Below are positions 8,035 through 17,734 of a stretch of 63,776 bases of DNA, piece after piece. The notes under the pieces were generated by a model, which did not search any database, was not told the DNA's origin, and was given only the letters and a program-made list of their open reading frames with translations. Position numbers and translations under genes: made by a program. The stretch's first letter is position 1, and each line of letters begins with the position of its first letter. Origin of the DNA: Patescibacteria group bacterium (GTDB lineage Bacteria > Patescibacteriota > Minisyncoccia > Portnoybacterales > UBA2143); the NCBI GenBank assembly GCA_018820085.1, contig JAHJOV010000034.1, forward strand, positions 1 to 63,776, read 5' to 3'.

Positions 8035-8888
8035 AATTCAGTTAATATATCAAATAAAATCCCGTCTGTCAAAATTTTAATATCTCCATTTTGATCAGTT
8101 CGATAAGTTAAAATATCTTTTATTCGCTCCAAAACTTCTGGACTAGGATGATTATAGCGATTATTTTCACCGACTGAAATAACAACTGCTCCTGGATTAA
8201 CAATTTTTAAAAAATTATCGCCTGTGGATGTCTTGCTGCCGTGATGAGCTAATTTCAAAATATCTGATTCAATATTCTGGTCGAGTAAAATATTCTCTAC
8301 TTTTTTTTCAATATCACCGGTTAAAAGAATTTCTGTCTTTCCATAAACTAATCTGCCAACCACAGAAACATTATTAGTTGGGTCAGAATAAGAATCAAGT
8401 AAAGATTGTTCTGGCCAAAAAACCTCAAAAATAATTCCTTCTTCTAAAATAATATTCTGCCCAGCTTGAGCTAAAGTTAAAGGAATTTGATTTTGTTCAA
8501 TTAATTCTTTCCACTTTTGATAAACAACTGTGTCTTTTTCTAAACCACTGGTTAAAATGTGGTCTATTTTATAATAATTAAGAACTTTAACCAAACCAGT
8601 CAAATGATCAGCATCAGGATGAGTTAAAATAACCAGATCAATAGTCCGATCATAAAGAGGCATTTCCTGACCTAATTTTTCTAAAATACTTTTATCTGGT
8701 CCGCCATCAATTAAAATTTGTTTTCCTGCTGGGGTTTCAATAAAAATAGCATCACCCTGGCCAATATCAAAGAAGGTAACTTCCAAAATATTATCTGAAA
8801 CCTGCTCAAAAACGGCTGACCAGATAAAAACCGCACCGCCTAGAAAAACAATTAAAATAAAAAACCTAATTCTTCTTATAAAAAACAT
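8031..8888 (-). CDS. MBL-fold hydrolase, ComEC C-terminal-domain-like, own N-terminal TM anchor
   Basis: FFDIGQGDAIFIE, ILTHPDADHLTG, LAHHGSK. These are metallo-beta-lactamase motifs as in the ComEC/Rec2 C-terminal domain. Confidence 0.8.
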   Translation of the reverse strand: MFFIRRIRFFILIVFLGGAVFIWSAVFEQVSDNILEVTFFDIGQGDAIFIETPAGKQILIDGGPDKSILEKLGQEMPLYDRTIDLVILTHPDADHLTGLVKVLNYYKIDHILTSGLEKDTVVYQKWKELIEQNQIPLTLAQAGQNIILEEGIIFEVFWPEQSLLDSYSDPTNNVSVVGRLVYGKTEILLTGDIEKKVENILLDQNIESDILKLAHHGSKTSTGDNFLKIVNPGAVVISVGENNRYNHPSPEVLERIKDILTYRTDQNGDIKILTDGILFDILTEL

Positions 8889-8920
8889 ATCTATATTTTA
8901 GCATATTCTCTGAGGTTATT

Positions 8921-9100
8921 AGAGATCGGACACTATTTTATAAGGTTCGCATTGATAAGGTCAGACATTATTTTGTCTGAACCTTCAGTAAAGGTTCAGC
9001 AAAAGAAGGTCCGACCTTAACTCTGTAGTAGGTTGCTACATTCTATAGAGGTCAGACCTTTGGAGAAGGTCTGACCTCATATCAGCTGACCTCATATCAG
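8921..9100. repeat. Composite palindromic intergenic element (AGGTC-N-GACCT family), copy A
   Basis: Contains AAGGTCAGACATTATTTTGTCTGAACCTTCAGTAAAGGTTCAGCAAAAGAAGGTCCGACCTT and then ATAGAGGTCAGACCTTTGGAGAAGGTCTGACCTCATATCAG. About 85% identical by eye to 10798-10956. Confidence 0.85.
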
Positions 9101-9196
9101 ACTTCAATTCCCCCTCATCTATTGACAATTTGAGAAAATTATATAAATATAGATAATATTGGTTCATTCACAAAAACTTTATAAGGAGGATTTTTT

Positions 9197-9430
9197 ATGC
9201 CAAAAGCAGTTTTCGTAATCGACAAGATGGCCCATGAGAAAATCGTTCCGGTTCAAGTTTCCGAAAAAGATTGGCAAAAAGGGATTTTCGACGTACGGAT
9301 TAATGGTAAAACTGTGACAGCCCAGCGGCCGGAATTTTCCAATCCGGGCAAGGGGGTTTATACTACCCACGTGGCTTTTTGGAGAAAACATGAAGCCCAT
9401 ACATATAAGACTCAAACAAGAGACGATTAA
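9197..9430 (+). CDS. Hypothetical 77-aa protein (GC-richer orphan)
   Basis: Strong SD TAAGGAGG 8 nt upstream of the ATG. Has an upstream TTGACA (9122-9127) and its own terminator. I recognise no family. Confidence 0.55.
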   Translation: MPKAVFVIDKMAHEKIVPVQVSEKDWQKGIFDVRINGKTVTAQRPEFSNPGKGVYTTHVAFWRKHEAHTYKTQTRDD

Positions 9431-9437
9431 ATAATCA

Positions 9438-10775
9438 TCACAAAGAAATCGTTTTAGGGGAATGCAGAATTTTGCATTCCCTTTTTTTATTTCCTTGCCA
9501 AATTATCCAAATCAAAATTAAATAATATCCTATCAAAAAAAACCAAGAAATATTATTAAAATCAATCGTGGCTAAAGGGACAGAAGATAAATAATTAACT
9601 ACTTTAACTAAATAAGTTAATAAAAACCAAATTGGCCAAACAATAATTTTTCCTAAGGGTAACCAAATAAGTCCAAAAAAAATTAAAATCATCCCCCCTA
9701 TCATGATAAAAGACAAAATAGGAACAATTAATATATTAGCTATTGGAGAAATCAAAGAAAGACGGCCAAAATGAAAAATCAAAATAGGTAGAGTCCCTAA
9801 TTGAGCAGCCAAGGTCATAGTTAAAATATCTTTTAAACGCCAAGGATTAGGCCACTTAGATGTTTTTTTATCAAAGATCGGCTTAAGATAAATAATACTT
9901 AAGGTAGCGGCAAAAGAAAGTTGAAACCCGACATCGGATTTTAAAAGCAAAGGATTAAATAAAAGCATAATTGTAGCCGCAAAAATCACAGTTCTATCAG
10001 CGCTCCTTAGTCGTCCAATTTTCTGAGCAATTAAAAGTAAACCAGCCATAATCCCAGCTCGGATAGCCGAAGCTGGAGCCCCTATCATAATAATATATAG
10101 AACTAAGAGGATAAGCACGAAATAGAAGACCTGACTACGCCAAAGACCAATACCTAAACCCAAGAATAACAAAATCTGGGTCATAATAATCATGTGCATC
10201 CCAGAAATAGCGACAATATGTCTTGTCCCAGATATATTTAATTTTTCTTTTAATTGATTAGAAAGTCCAAATCTATCTCCCAGAAATACAGCTTTAAGAA
10301 TACTTGATTGAGGCGGTAATAAAGTTTGCTCAATTACTTTTCTTAATTTATCTTTGAAATTAAAAACTTTTCCAAAAAACCAATTGCCCTGATTTTGTTC
10401 AATTAATTTGATACTGGGATAATAGATAGTTAAATATATTTTATCTTTGGCTAAATAGGCCTGATAATCAAAATCATCAAAGACAGTTGGTTCTGTTAAT
10501 TTTCCGAAGATTTCTAATTTATCTCCGTATTGATACTCTGGATATATTTCGGTGGTAATTAAGATTTTACCCTGAATTTCTTCTGATTTAAACTCGAATT
10601 TCTGCTGGTTAATTCTCTGTTCTGGTTCACCTGTAATAATACCTATAAAATTGATTTCCTGATTATAAAAAGAGGAAAGCTCCTCATTTTCCTGAGGAGC
10701 TTTAAGCAAAGAATAGACAAAAACACCAATGATAAATAATAAACAGAGATAAAGAAATATCCTAGATGCGGTCAT
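9438..10775 (-). CDS. comEC: ComEC/Rec2 competence channel, N-terminal (DUF4131 + competence) part only
   Basis: 445 aa polytopic membrane protein. GTRHIVAISGMHMIIM and the following TM bundle are typical of the ComEC competence domain. It has no MBL domain in this ORF. Confidence 0.8.
   Translation of the reverse strand: MTASRIFLYLCLLFIIGVFVYSLLKAPQENEELSSFYNQEINFIGIITGEPEQRINQQKFEFKSEEIQGKILITTEIYPEYQYGDKLEIFGKLTEPTVFDDFDYQAYLAKDKIYLTIYYPSIKLIEQNQGNWFFGKVFNFKDKLRKVIEQTLLPPQSSILKAVFLGDRFGLSNQLKEKLNISGTRHIVAISGMHMIIMTQILLFLGLGIGLWRSQVFYFVLILLVLYIIMIGAPASAIRAGIMAGLLLIAQKIGRLRSADRTVIFAATIMLLFNPLLLKSDVGFQLSFAATLSIIYLKPIFDKKTSKWPNPWRLKDILTMTLAAQLGTLPILIFHFGRLSLISPIANILIVPILSFIMIGGMILIFFGLIWLPLGKIIVWPIWFLLTYLVKVVNYLSSVPLATIDFNNISWFFLIGYYLILIWIIWQGNKKRECKILHSPKTISL
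9458..9488 (+). terminator. Terminator of the 77-aa orphan gene (overlaps comEC 3' end)
   Basis: Stem GGGAATGCA (9458-9466)/TGCATTCCC (9473-9481) followed by TTTTTTT. Confidence 0.65.
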
Positions 10776-10797
10776 TATTTACATAATAACATACTCT

Positions 10798-10956
10798 TAG
10801 AGGTCCGACCTTATTTTGTATGGTAAGGTCCGACCTTATTTTGTCTGAACCTTCAGTAAAGGTTCAGCAAAATGAGGTCTGACCTTAATTCTGCTTAATT
10901 CTGTTGCCACATTCCATAGAGGTCAGACCTTTACTGAAGGTCTAACCTCATATCAG
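10798..10956. repeat. Composite palindromic intergenic element, copy B (direct repeat of 8921-9100)
   Basis: TAGAGGTCCGACCTTATTTTGTATGGTAAGGTCCGACCTTATTTTGTCTGAACCTTCAGTAAAGGTTCAGCAAAATGAGGTCTGACCTT...CATAGAGGTCAGACCTTTACTGAAGGTCTAACCTCATATCAG. Confidence 0.85.
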
Positions 10957-10980
10957 ATTTCATTCTCAAACCACCGCTTT

Positions 10981-11682
10981 TTATATCCCTCTTAATTCCA
11001 CTTGCTCAAAATACTTTTGGGCAATCTTGGACATTTGTTTTAATTCTTCGTCTAGGAGAGGTCTACTTTTCTGCCATGACTGGTCTAGAGTTTTTTCTGG
11101 ACGGAATTGCTGAAGAGCGAATTTCTTTGATCCCTTAAGCCATTGTCCTATTTTCTTAATTTCTTCGTTATTAATTAAACCTGGCGCAATAGTTGTCCTA
11201 AATTCGTAATCAATTTTGTTTTCTCTGATTAAATCAATACTTTTCTGAATGTCTTGTGGATTAATTTTAATACCAGCTGTTTTAGAATAATTTTCTTGAG
11301 ATGATTTAATATCCATAGCTACAAAATCTAAAAGATTTTGATTGAAAAGTTTTTCTAAGATTTTTGGTTGACTACCATTGGTATCTAATTTAACTAAAAA
11401 ACTTAACTTTTTAATCTTTTTAATAAAATCTATAATATCTGGCTGGATACTTGGTTCGCCACCAGTAATGCAAATCCCCTCTAAAAGATCTTGTCTTGAT
11501 TTTAAAAAATCAAAAAAGACCGCCTCAAATATTTTAGGCTGCCTCTTAATTTTCTTTAAATCAACTAATTCCGGATTGTGGCAAAAAGGGCATTTAAAAT
11601 TACAACCAATAGTAAAAATCGTTGCCGCTACCTTCCCTGGGTAATCAATTAAAGTTGATTTTTGCAAACCGCCAATCAACAT
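10981..11682 (-). CDS. nrdG: Anaerobic ribonucleoside-triphosphate reductase activating protein (radical SAM)
   Basis: CNFKCPFCHN cluster motif. Overlaps the nrdD stop by 7 nt. Confidence 0.85.
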   Translation of the reverse strand: MLIGGLQKSTLIDYPGKVAATIFTIGCNFKCPFCHNPELVDLKKIKRQPKIFEAVFFDFLKSRQDLLEGICITGGEPSIQPDIIDFIKKIKKLSFLVKLDTNGSQPKILEKLFNQNLLDFVAMDIKSSQENYSKTAGIKINPQDIQKSIDLIRENKIDYEFRTTIAPGLINNEEIKKIGQWLKGSKKFALQQFRPEKTLDQSWQKSRPLLDEELKQMSKIAQKYFEQVELRGI

Positions 11683-13793
11683 TCTTTCTTAATCTTAAAT
11701 ACTTTTCTCTCTTTAAACTCCTCCCTTTTGCCAATATGCCATTGCTGAACTGGTCTAATGTATCCAACTATTCGTGAATACACTTCACAAGGCTGTTCAA
11801 TAACACATTTAGGACAAATAAAGTGTTCTCCAGCAATATATCCATGGTGAGGACAAATTGAAAAGGTTGGCGTTAAAGTAAGATAAGGCAAATGAAATTT
11901 GCTAAAAATCTTCTTGATTAAACTTTTAACTGACTCTATATCATTAATTTGCTCACCCAAAAATAAATGCATAACTACTCCACCTGTATATTTCACCTGA
12001 ATATCATCTTGTAATTTAAGAGCTTCAAAAATATCATTCGTGTAATTAACTGGCAACATAGTTGAATTTGTGTAATAGGGAACTTCTTTGGTTCCAGCTG
12101 TAATGATCTTAGGAAATTCTTTTTTATCCTTTAAAGCTAAACGATATGATGTTCCTTCGGCTGGTGTGGCTTCAAGATTGTAAAGATTATCAGTTTCTTT
12201 CTGATAACCAACCAAACGATCTCGCATAAAATCTAAAATCTCTAAAGAAAACCTCTTTCCTTGATTAGAGGCAATATTAACGCCTATAAAATTTAAAAGA
12301 CATTCATTCATACCAACTAAACCAATAGTTGAAAAATGATTACCGTAATAATCGCCTCGTATTTTCTTGACTTCAGCTAAATAATATTTTGAATAAGGAT
12401 ATAATCCATTATTCATAAAATTATCTAAAACTTTCCTCTTAATTTCTAAAGAACTCCTAGCCAAATCCATTAATTCAGCTAAACGACTAAAAAATTCTTT
12501 TCGTGTCTTAGAAAGATAACCCAATCGAGGTAAATTAACTGTAACCACACCAATTGATCCAGTTAATGGATTAGCTCCAAACAATCCGCCACCTCGCTTA
12601 TAAAGCTCTTTATTATTTAAACGTAATCGACAACACATAGAACGAACATCATCTGGACTCATATCTGATTGGATAAAATTTGAAAAATAGTTAACACCGT
12701 ATTTAGCTGTCGCCTCCCACATTGCATCAAGAGCTGGATTGTCCCAATCAAAATCATTAGTAATGGAAACTGTAGGAATAGGAAAAGTAAAAGGCCGACC
12801 ATTTTTATCCCCCTCTGTTAAAACTTCATAAAAGGCCTTATTAAGCATATTCATCTCCTCTTGAAATTCACCGTAATTTTCTTTTTGTATTTTACCTCCA
12901 ATAATAACAGGTTGATCAGCATAAACCGAAGAAGGCTTAGTATCTAAAGTAATATTTATAAAAGGCGTTTGAAATCCGACCCTGGTTGGCACAGCGCAAT
13001 TAAACAAGAATTCCTGCATAGCTTGTTTAACTTGATTATAGTTTAAATTATCATAACGAACAAAAGGAGCTAATAAAGTATCAAAATTACTAACTGCTTC
13101 AGCTCCAGCCGTTTCTCCTTGAAGAGTATAAAAAAAGTTAACTAATTGACCCAGGGCAACTCGTAAATGTTTAGGCGGTTTTGATTCAACCTTTCCTTTG
13201 ACTCCGCTAAAGCCACGTAATAAAATATCAAACAAATCCCAACCCTGACAGTAACAACTCAAACTATCTAGATCATGAATATGAAAATCACCACTGGCGA
13301 CTACATCCCTAATCTGCTTGGGATAAATCTTGTTAAGCCAATACCTTTTAGCCACTCTGGAAACAATATAGTTATTCAATCCTTGCAAAGAATAAGCCAT
13401 GTTAGCATTTTCTTTAACTTGCCAATCTGATTCTTGAAGATATTGATCAACCATTTCCACTTCTTCATCAATAGCTGTAGCCGATTCTCTAGTTCGTCGT
13501 CTCTGTTCACGATAAAGGATATATGACTTAGCTGTTTCAGAATAATCATTAATAATTAAAACCTCTTCAACAATGTCTTGAATCTGTTCAATTTGGAGAA
13601 TATCTTCTTTTTTAAATCTTCGGCTTAAAAGATCAATTACTTGATCTGATAATTTTTGAGCAACTCTTTTTCCACCCTCTTTAGTAGCAGTTAGGGCTTT
13701 AAAAATTGCATCTGTAATTTTAGACTGGTCAAAATCTAAAGCACGACCATCTCTTTTTCTGATCTGATTAAATTTTATTTTTTTCTCAAGCAT
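11676..13793 (-). CDS. nrdD: Anaerobic ribonucleoside-triphosphate reductase
   Basis: N-terminal ATP-cone (IRKRDGRALDFDQSKI), C-terminal Cys cluster CPHHG...CPKC, and glycyl-radical motif YSRIVGY. Confidence 0.95.
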   Translation of the reverse strand: MLEKKIKFNQIRKRDGRALDFDQSKITDAIFKALTATKEGGKRVAQKLSDQVIDLLSRRFKKEDILQIEQIQDIVEEVLIINDYSETAKSYILYREQRRRTRESATAIDEEVEMVDQYLQESDWQVKENANMAYSLQGLNNYIVSRVAKRYWLNKIYPKQIRDVVASGDFHIHDLDSLSCYCQGWDLFDILLRGFSGVKGKVESKPPKHLRVALGQLVNFFYTLQGETAGAEAVSNFDTLLAPFVRYDNLNYNQVKQAMQEFLFNCAVPTRVGFQTPFINITLDTKPSSVYADQPVIIGGKIQKENYGEFQEEMNMLNKAFYEVLTEGDKNGRPFTFPIPTVSITNDFDWDNPALDAMWEATAKYGVNYFSNFIQSDMSPDDVRSMCCRLRLNNKELYKRGGGLFGANPLTGSIGVVTVNLPRLGYLSKTRKEFFSRLAELMDLARSSLEIKRKVLDNFMNNGLYPYSKYYLAEVKKIRGDYYGNHFSTIGLVGMNECLLNFIGVNIASNQGKRFSLEILDFMRDRLVGYQKETDNLYNLEATPAEGTSYRLALKDKKEFPKIITAGTKEVPYYTNSTMLPVNYTNDIFEALKLQDDIQVKYTGGVVMHLFLGEQINDIESVKSLIKKIFSKFHLPYLTLTPTFSICPHHGYIAGEHFICPKCVIEQPCEVYSRIVGYIRPVQQWHIGKREEFKERKVFKIKKEC

Positions 13794-13830
13794 AGATGTA
13801 TTTTACTCCAATAAAAAATAGAAGTAAACA

Positions 13831-13864
13831 GAGACAAAAAACACCCCACAACACTGCAGGATGT
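13831..13864 (-). terminator. Possible terminator after ftsZ
   Basis: Minus strand ACATCC-loop-GGGGTGT followed by TTTTTT. The stem is short with one G-U pair. Confidence 0.4.
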
Positions 13865-13879
13865 TATCATTGCCAAAAA

Positions 13880-15016
13880 CTATTTCATCTTCCTTCTAAT
13901 GAAGGCGGGAATATCCCATTCGCTTTCTGACTCTTCAGTTATTGGAGCTGTCGTTTCTCTTGACTTAAAGTCTGTCTTTTTCGTAATATGTTGAAGATTA
14001 GATTGATTGATAGGTGAGATATCTTGAATCCTAGTTTCGCCCAACTTTTTATTAATTATTTCTTCATCAAAGCCAGTAGCAATAACAGTAACTTTGATTT
14101 CTCCTTTCTTTAACTTGTCATCCATAACAGCGCCGAAAATAACTTTAGCCTCTGGATCAATTGATTCAGTAATAACTTTAGCGGCATCGTTAATTTCAGT
14201 CATAGATAGATCAGGTCCACCACTAATATTAAAGAGAACTCCCTTAGCTCCATCAATTGAAAGTTCAAGAAGTGGTGAATTGACAGCTGCTTTAGCCGCT
14301 TCAACTGCTCGATCTTCACCAGTAGCTCGACCAATTCCCATTAAGGCTGAACCAGTGTTTCCCATAATTGCCTTAACATCAGCAAAATCAACATTAACAA
14401 TACCAGGTGTAATAATTAAGTCAGAAATACCTTGAACAGCCTGTCGTAAAACATCATCAACTACTGCAAAAGCATCGAGTAAAGGTGTTTTGCGATCAAT
14501 AAAGGCAAGTAGTTTATCGTTAGGAATAGTAATTAAAGTATCAACTCTATCTTTAAGTTGAGCTAACCCTTCTTCAGCAATTCGGGCTCGCTGTTTTCCT
14601 TCAAAAGAAAAAGGTTTAGTTACAACAGCAACAGTAAGAGCTCCTGAATCTTTAGCTGCTTCAGCAATAACTGGACCAGCCCCACTACCAGTACCACCAC
14701 CTAATCCGTAAGTAATAAAAACCATATCAGCGCCTTTGACTGCTTCATGAATTTCATCACGATTCTCTTCAGCTGCCTGACGACCTATTTCCGGATTCAT
14801 ACCAGCGCCCAATCCTTTAGTTAGATTTTTACCAATATGAAGTCGCTCAGGCGCCTTGACGTGGTGGAGATCTTGAGCGTCGGTATTGATAGCCACAAAA
14901 TCAACACCTTGAATTTTACAGGCTAACATTCTAGAGATACTATTGCCTCCGCTTCCTCCAACACCAACTACTTTAATTTTAGCAAAAGTTTCTACGTCTG
15001 GTCTTATTTGTGCCAT
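13880..15016 (-). CDS. ftsZ: Cell division protein FtsZ
   Basis: Tubulin signature GLGGGTGSGAGPV. ORF-track TTG start (15028) trimmed to ATG 15016 (MAQIRPDVE...). Confidence 0.95.
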   Translation of the reverse strand: MAQIRPDVETFAKIKVVGVGGSGGNSISRMLACKIQGVDFVAINTDAQDLHHVKAPERLHIGKNLTKGLGAGMNPEIGRQAAEENRDEIHEAVKGADMVFITYGLGGGTGSGAGPVIAEAAKDSGALTVAVVTKPFSFEGKQRARIAEEGLAQLKDRVDTLITIPNDKLLAFIDRKTPLLDAFAVVDDVLRQAVQGISDLIITPGIVNVDFADVKAIMGNTGSALMGIGRATGEDRAVEAAKAAVNSPLLELSIDGAKGVLFNISGGPDLSMTEINDAAKVITESIDPEAKVIFGAVMDDKLKKGEIKVTVIATGFDEEIINKKLGETRIQDISPINQSNLQHITKKTDFKSRETTAPITEESESEWDIPAFIRRKMK

Positions 15017-15119
15017 AATAATAAACAAAGAGGAGTCCCTAGTCCCCCCTCAATGCATTTAAATATATGTTAAAATCTTATTTAGAAAATTATCACAATT
15101 ACGAAAATAATGCAAGTGT

Positions 15120-16364
15120 TTAAGGCAAAAATCCACGAAACCAGTGTTTGAGTTTACCAATCGTTGAGCCAACCGAAAATTCAGGAAGAGAAATACCTTG
15201 ACTGCCTGATTTTTTCTGACTATCCATATTCCAAAGAACTAAACCAATAGCTGTAGCAAAAGACGGATCTTCAATTTCATCAACAATTCCTTCCAACTCC
15301 ATTGGAAAGCCAACTTGAACTGGTAACTTTAATTCTGCTTTAGCTAAATCAACTAAACCTGGTACTTTAGCACCACCACCTAAAAGAACTACTCCAGCTG
15401 GTAATAATCCTTGTCGATCAATCTTTTTCAACTCTTTATTAGTTAACTCTAAAATTTCGCTAAGACGAGCCTCTACTATTTCAACTACTTGAACTCGAGG
15501 AATTATACCCGTCTCGCGAGAACCCATCTTAGCTAAATCAATTACATCTTTTTTGTTAATTTCTGAAAGTAAAGCCGAACCATATTCTAATTTAACTTTT
15601 TCTGCTAGATCAATATCACTTCTTAAACCAATAGCAATATCATTAGTAATATGAGCTGAACCAACTGGCAAAACACAACTATGAATAATATTACCTTCTT
15701 CAAAAACTGTTATCCCAGCTGTTCCTCCGCCCAGATCTAAGACCAGGACGCCTAATTCTTTTTGTCTTTTACTTAGAGCTGCCCGACTAGCCGCTAAAGG
15801 GGCTAGAACTAATTCATCTATTTCTAATCCTGCTTCTGAAATACATTTAGTCAGATTTTTAATAAAAGGGCTTGAACCCTCAATGACTAAAGCATCTACT
15901 TCTAAACGAACTCCATTCATACCAACTGGATCTTTAACACTATTTTGTTCATCAACTAAAAAGCCTCGAGGAATAACGTGAATAATTTCTCTATTAGGTA
16001 AGACTGAAACAGCTGAAGCAGCAGTCATAGCTCGATCAACATCTTCCTTAGAAACTTCTCCATCAGCTCGTGAAATCGCAATAACTCCCTTGCTAATTCT
16101 AGGAGTAATATGATTACCGCTTAAACTAACGACTACTCGATCAATAGAAATACCGCTGTTTCTTTCTGCTTCTTGAACCGATTCACTAATATTCTTAACT
16201 GTTTCTTCAACATCAACAACTACTCCTTTGCGTAAACCAAAAGAAGGTGCTTGACCTATACCAAGAATCTGCGGCTTAGTTTTATCAGCCCGTATTCTAG
16301 CAACAACTGTTCTAATAAAACAGCTGCCTACATCTAATCCAGCAATAATAGTTTCTTTTGGCAT
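15120..16364 (-). CDS. ftsA: Cell division protein FtsA
   Basis: Actin-like ATPase (GLDVGS..., LDLGGGT, VLLGGGA), immediately upstream of ftsZ. Confidence 0.95.
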   Translation of the reverse strand: MPKETIIAGLDVGSCFIRTVVARIRADKTKPQILGIGQAPSFGLRKGVVVDVEETVKNISESVQEAERNSGISIDRVVVSLSGNHITPRISKGVIAISRADGEVSKEDVDRAMTAASAVSVLPNREIIHVIPRGFLVDEQNSVKDPVGMNGVRLEVDALVIEGSSPFIKNLTKCISEAGLEIDELVLAPLAASRAALSKRQKELGVLVLDLGGGTAGITVFEEGNIIHSCVLPVGSAHITNDIAIGLRSDIDLAEKVKLEYGSALLSEINKKDVIDLAKMGSRETGIIPRVQVVEIVEARLSEILELTNKELKKIDRQGLLPAGVVLLGGGAKVPGLVDLAKAELKLPVQVGFPMELEGIVDEIEDPSFATAIGLVLWNMDSQKKSGSQGISLPEFSVGSTIGKLKHWFRGFLP

Positions 16365-16372
16365 TTGACACG

Positions 16373-16436
16373 CTAGAGGTCCGACCTTATTTTGTCCGCA
16401 CCTCAGCAGAGGTTCGGCAAAACGAGGTCCGACCTC
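16373..16436. repeat. 64-bp palindromic element (type I)
   Basis: CTAGAGGTCCGACCTTATTTTGTCCGCACCTCAGCAGAGGTTCGGCAAAACGAGGTCCGACCTC. Lies between the ybeY stop and the ftsA start. Confidence 0.9.
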
Positions 16437-16439
16437 AAG

Positions 16440-16925
16440 TTAAATTAAATCTAGCACTTTCCTCTCTATCTCTTCCATTCTTTCTGCCTCTGATTCATTT
16501 TGCTCATGATCGTATCCAGATAAATGAAGTATACCATGAATTAGCAAAATGGTCAGCTCTTTTTCTAAAGAATGACCTGCTTTCTTAGCTTGCTTTTTAG
16601 CCCGAGAATAACAAATAATTACTTCACCTAAACGCTTAATCCCATCGGGCGTTTCAATAAATTCCATATCTTCCCCTTTTTTCATTCGCGGGAAAGCTTT
16701 AGCTAAATAGGGCATGACTGTTTTATTCTGAAACGAGAGAACATCTGTAACTCGATTTTTACCCCGATACATCTTATTTAACTTTCGTATCCGGCCATCA
16801 CCAACAATAGCCAAGCTAATTTCTGTTTTTTTATCAATATTAACAACTTTTAAAACAACATCAGCCACTTGCTGGAAAAAAATTTCGTCTATCTGATTCT
16901 GCGTAAAATTATGAATCTCCAGCAT
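16440..16925 (-). CDS. ybeY: rRNA maturation endoribonuclease YbeY
   Basis: HGILHLSGYDHE zinc motif. The GTG start in the ORF track (16931) lies inside the repeat, so I prefer ATG 16925. Confidence 0.9.
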   Translation of the reverse strand: MLEIHNFTQNQIDEIFFQQVADVVLKVVNIDKKTEISLAIVGDGRIRKLNKMYRGKNRVTDVLSFQNKTVMPYLAKAFPRMKKGEDMEFIETPDGIKRLGEVIICYSRAKKQAKKAGHSLEKELTILLIHGILHLSGYDHEQNESEAERMEEIERKVLDLI

Positions 16926-16930
16926 ATACA

Positions 16931-16994
16931 CTAGAGGTCCGACCTCATTTTGTCCGCACCTCAGCAGAGGTTCGGTAAAACGAGGTCCGACCTC
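16931..16994. repeat. 64-bp palindromic element (type I)
   Basis: CTAGAGGTCCGACCTCATTTTGTCCGCACCTCAGCAGAGGTTCGGTAAAACGAGGTCCGACCTC. Lies between the YqeY-like gene stop and the ybeY start. Confidence 0.9.
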
Positions 16995-17003
16995 TGGGCT
17001 AAA

Positions 17004-17468
17004 TTATTTCTTCAACTCTTCCTGGACAATTTTATTAACTAAACCGCCGTTGGCCTTACCTTTCAATTGACCCATAATAGCGCCCATAACCTTACCAATA
17101 TCTTGAGGACCGCTAACTCCTAATTCCTGAATTTTATCTGTGATAATTTTTCTGACTTCATCTTCATTCATTTGTTCTGGTAAATATTCTTCTAAAATTT
17201 TTAATTCTGATTTTTCTTGATCAGCTAAATCTTGACGATTACCTTTCTCAAATTGTTCAATTGAATCCTTCCTTTTTTTAGCTTCACTAGTAATAACTTC
17301 TAGAACTTCTTCATCTGTTAATTGGCATTCTTCACCAGTTTTAGCCCTTTTTTGTTTTTCTTTATTAATAACAGCAGCTAAAACCATACGCAAAACAGAA
17401 AGCTTCTCGACTTCCTTCTTTTGCATAGCTGTCTTAATCTCTAATTGAAATGTTTCTTTAAGAGACAT
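17004..17468 (-). CDS. GatB/YqeY domain-containing protein
   Basis: 154 aa. ...LSVLRMVLAAVINKEKQ...EKSELKILEEYLP...KVMGAIMGQLKGKANG is typical of the YqeY family. Confidence 0.8.
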   Translation of the reverse strand: MSLKETFQLEIKTAMQKKEVEKLSVLRMVLAAVINKEKQKRAKTGEECQLTDEEVLEVITSEAKKRKDSIEQFEKGNRQDLADQEKSELKILEEYLPEQMNEDEVRKIITDKIQELGVSGPQDIGKVMGAIMGQLKGKANGGLVNKIVQEELKK

Positions 17469-17714
17469 CTATTTACGTTTTCCCCACTTAGGTTCTTCCT
17501 CCAAAAGACCTAACTTTCTTAATTTTTCTTTTTCTCCAACGATTTTGACTCGTCTTAAAGCGCTATTCCTTCTTTCTGTTTTACTTTTTTCTTTTTCTCT
17601 AAATCTTGATTTACGAGCACGAATCAAAACGCCACTTTGTTGAATCCTTCTGGAAAAGCGTCTTAATAAACTTCTAGTTGTTTCTCCTATTTTTTTCTTA
17701 ACTTCGATAGCCAC
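17469..17714 (-). CDS. rpsU: 30S ribosomal protein S21
   Basis: Small, very basic protein (LLRRFSRRIQQSGVLIRARKSRFREK). AAGGAGG sits 8 nt before the in-frame GTG at 17714, so the ORF-track start 17723 was trimmed. Confidence 0.7.
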   Translation of the reverse strand: MAIEVKKKIGETTRSLLRRFSRRIQQSGVLIRARKSRFREKEKSKTERRNSALRRVKIVGEKEKLRKLGLLEEEPKWGKRK

Positions 17715-17734
17715 ATGATTCACCTCCTTTTCTT

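Noticed and set aside
16358-16588. 76-aa ORF starting in the palindromic repeat (also 49351-49659)
   Set aside because: The N-terminal peptides (…EVRPYFVRT…EVRQNEVRP…) are simply translations of the repeat element, and the remainder is antisense to ybeY or to the surface-protein gene.
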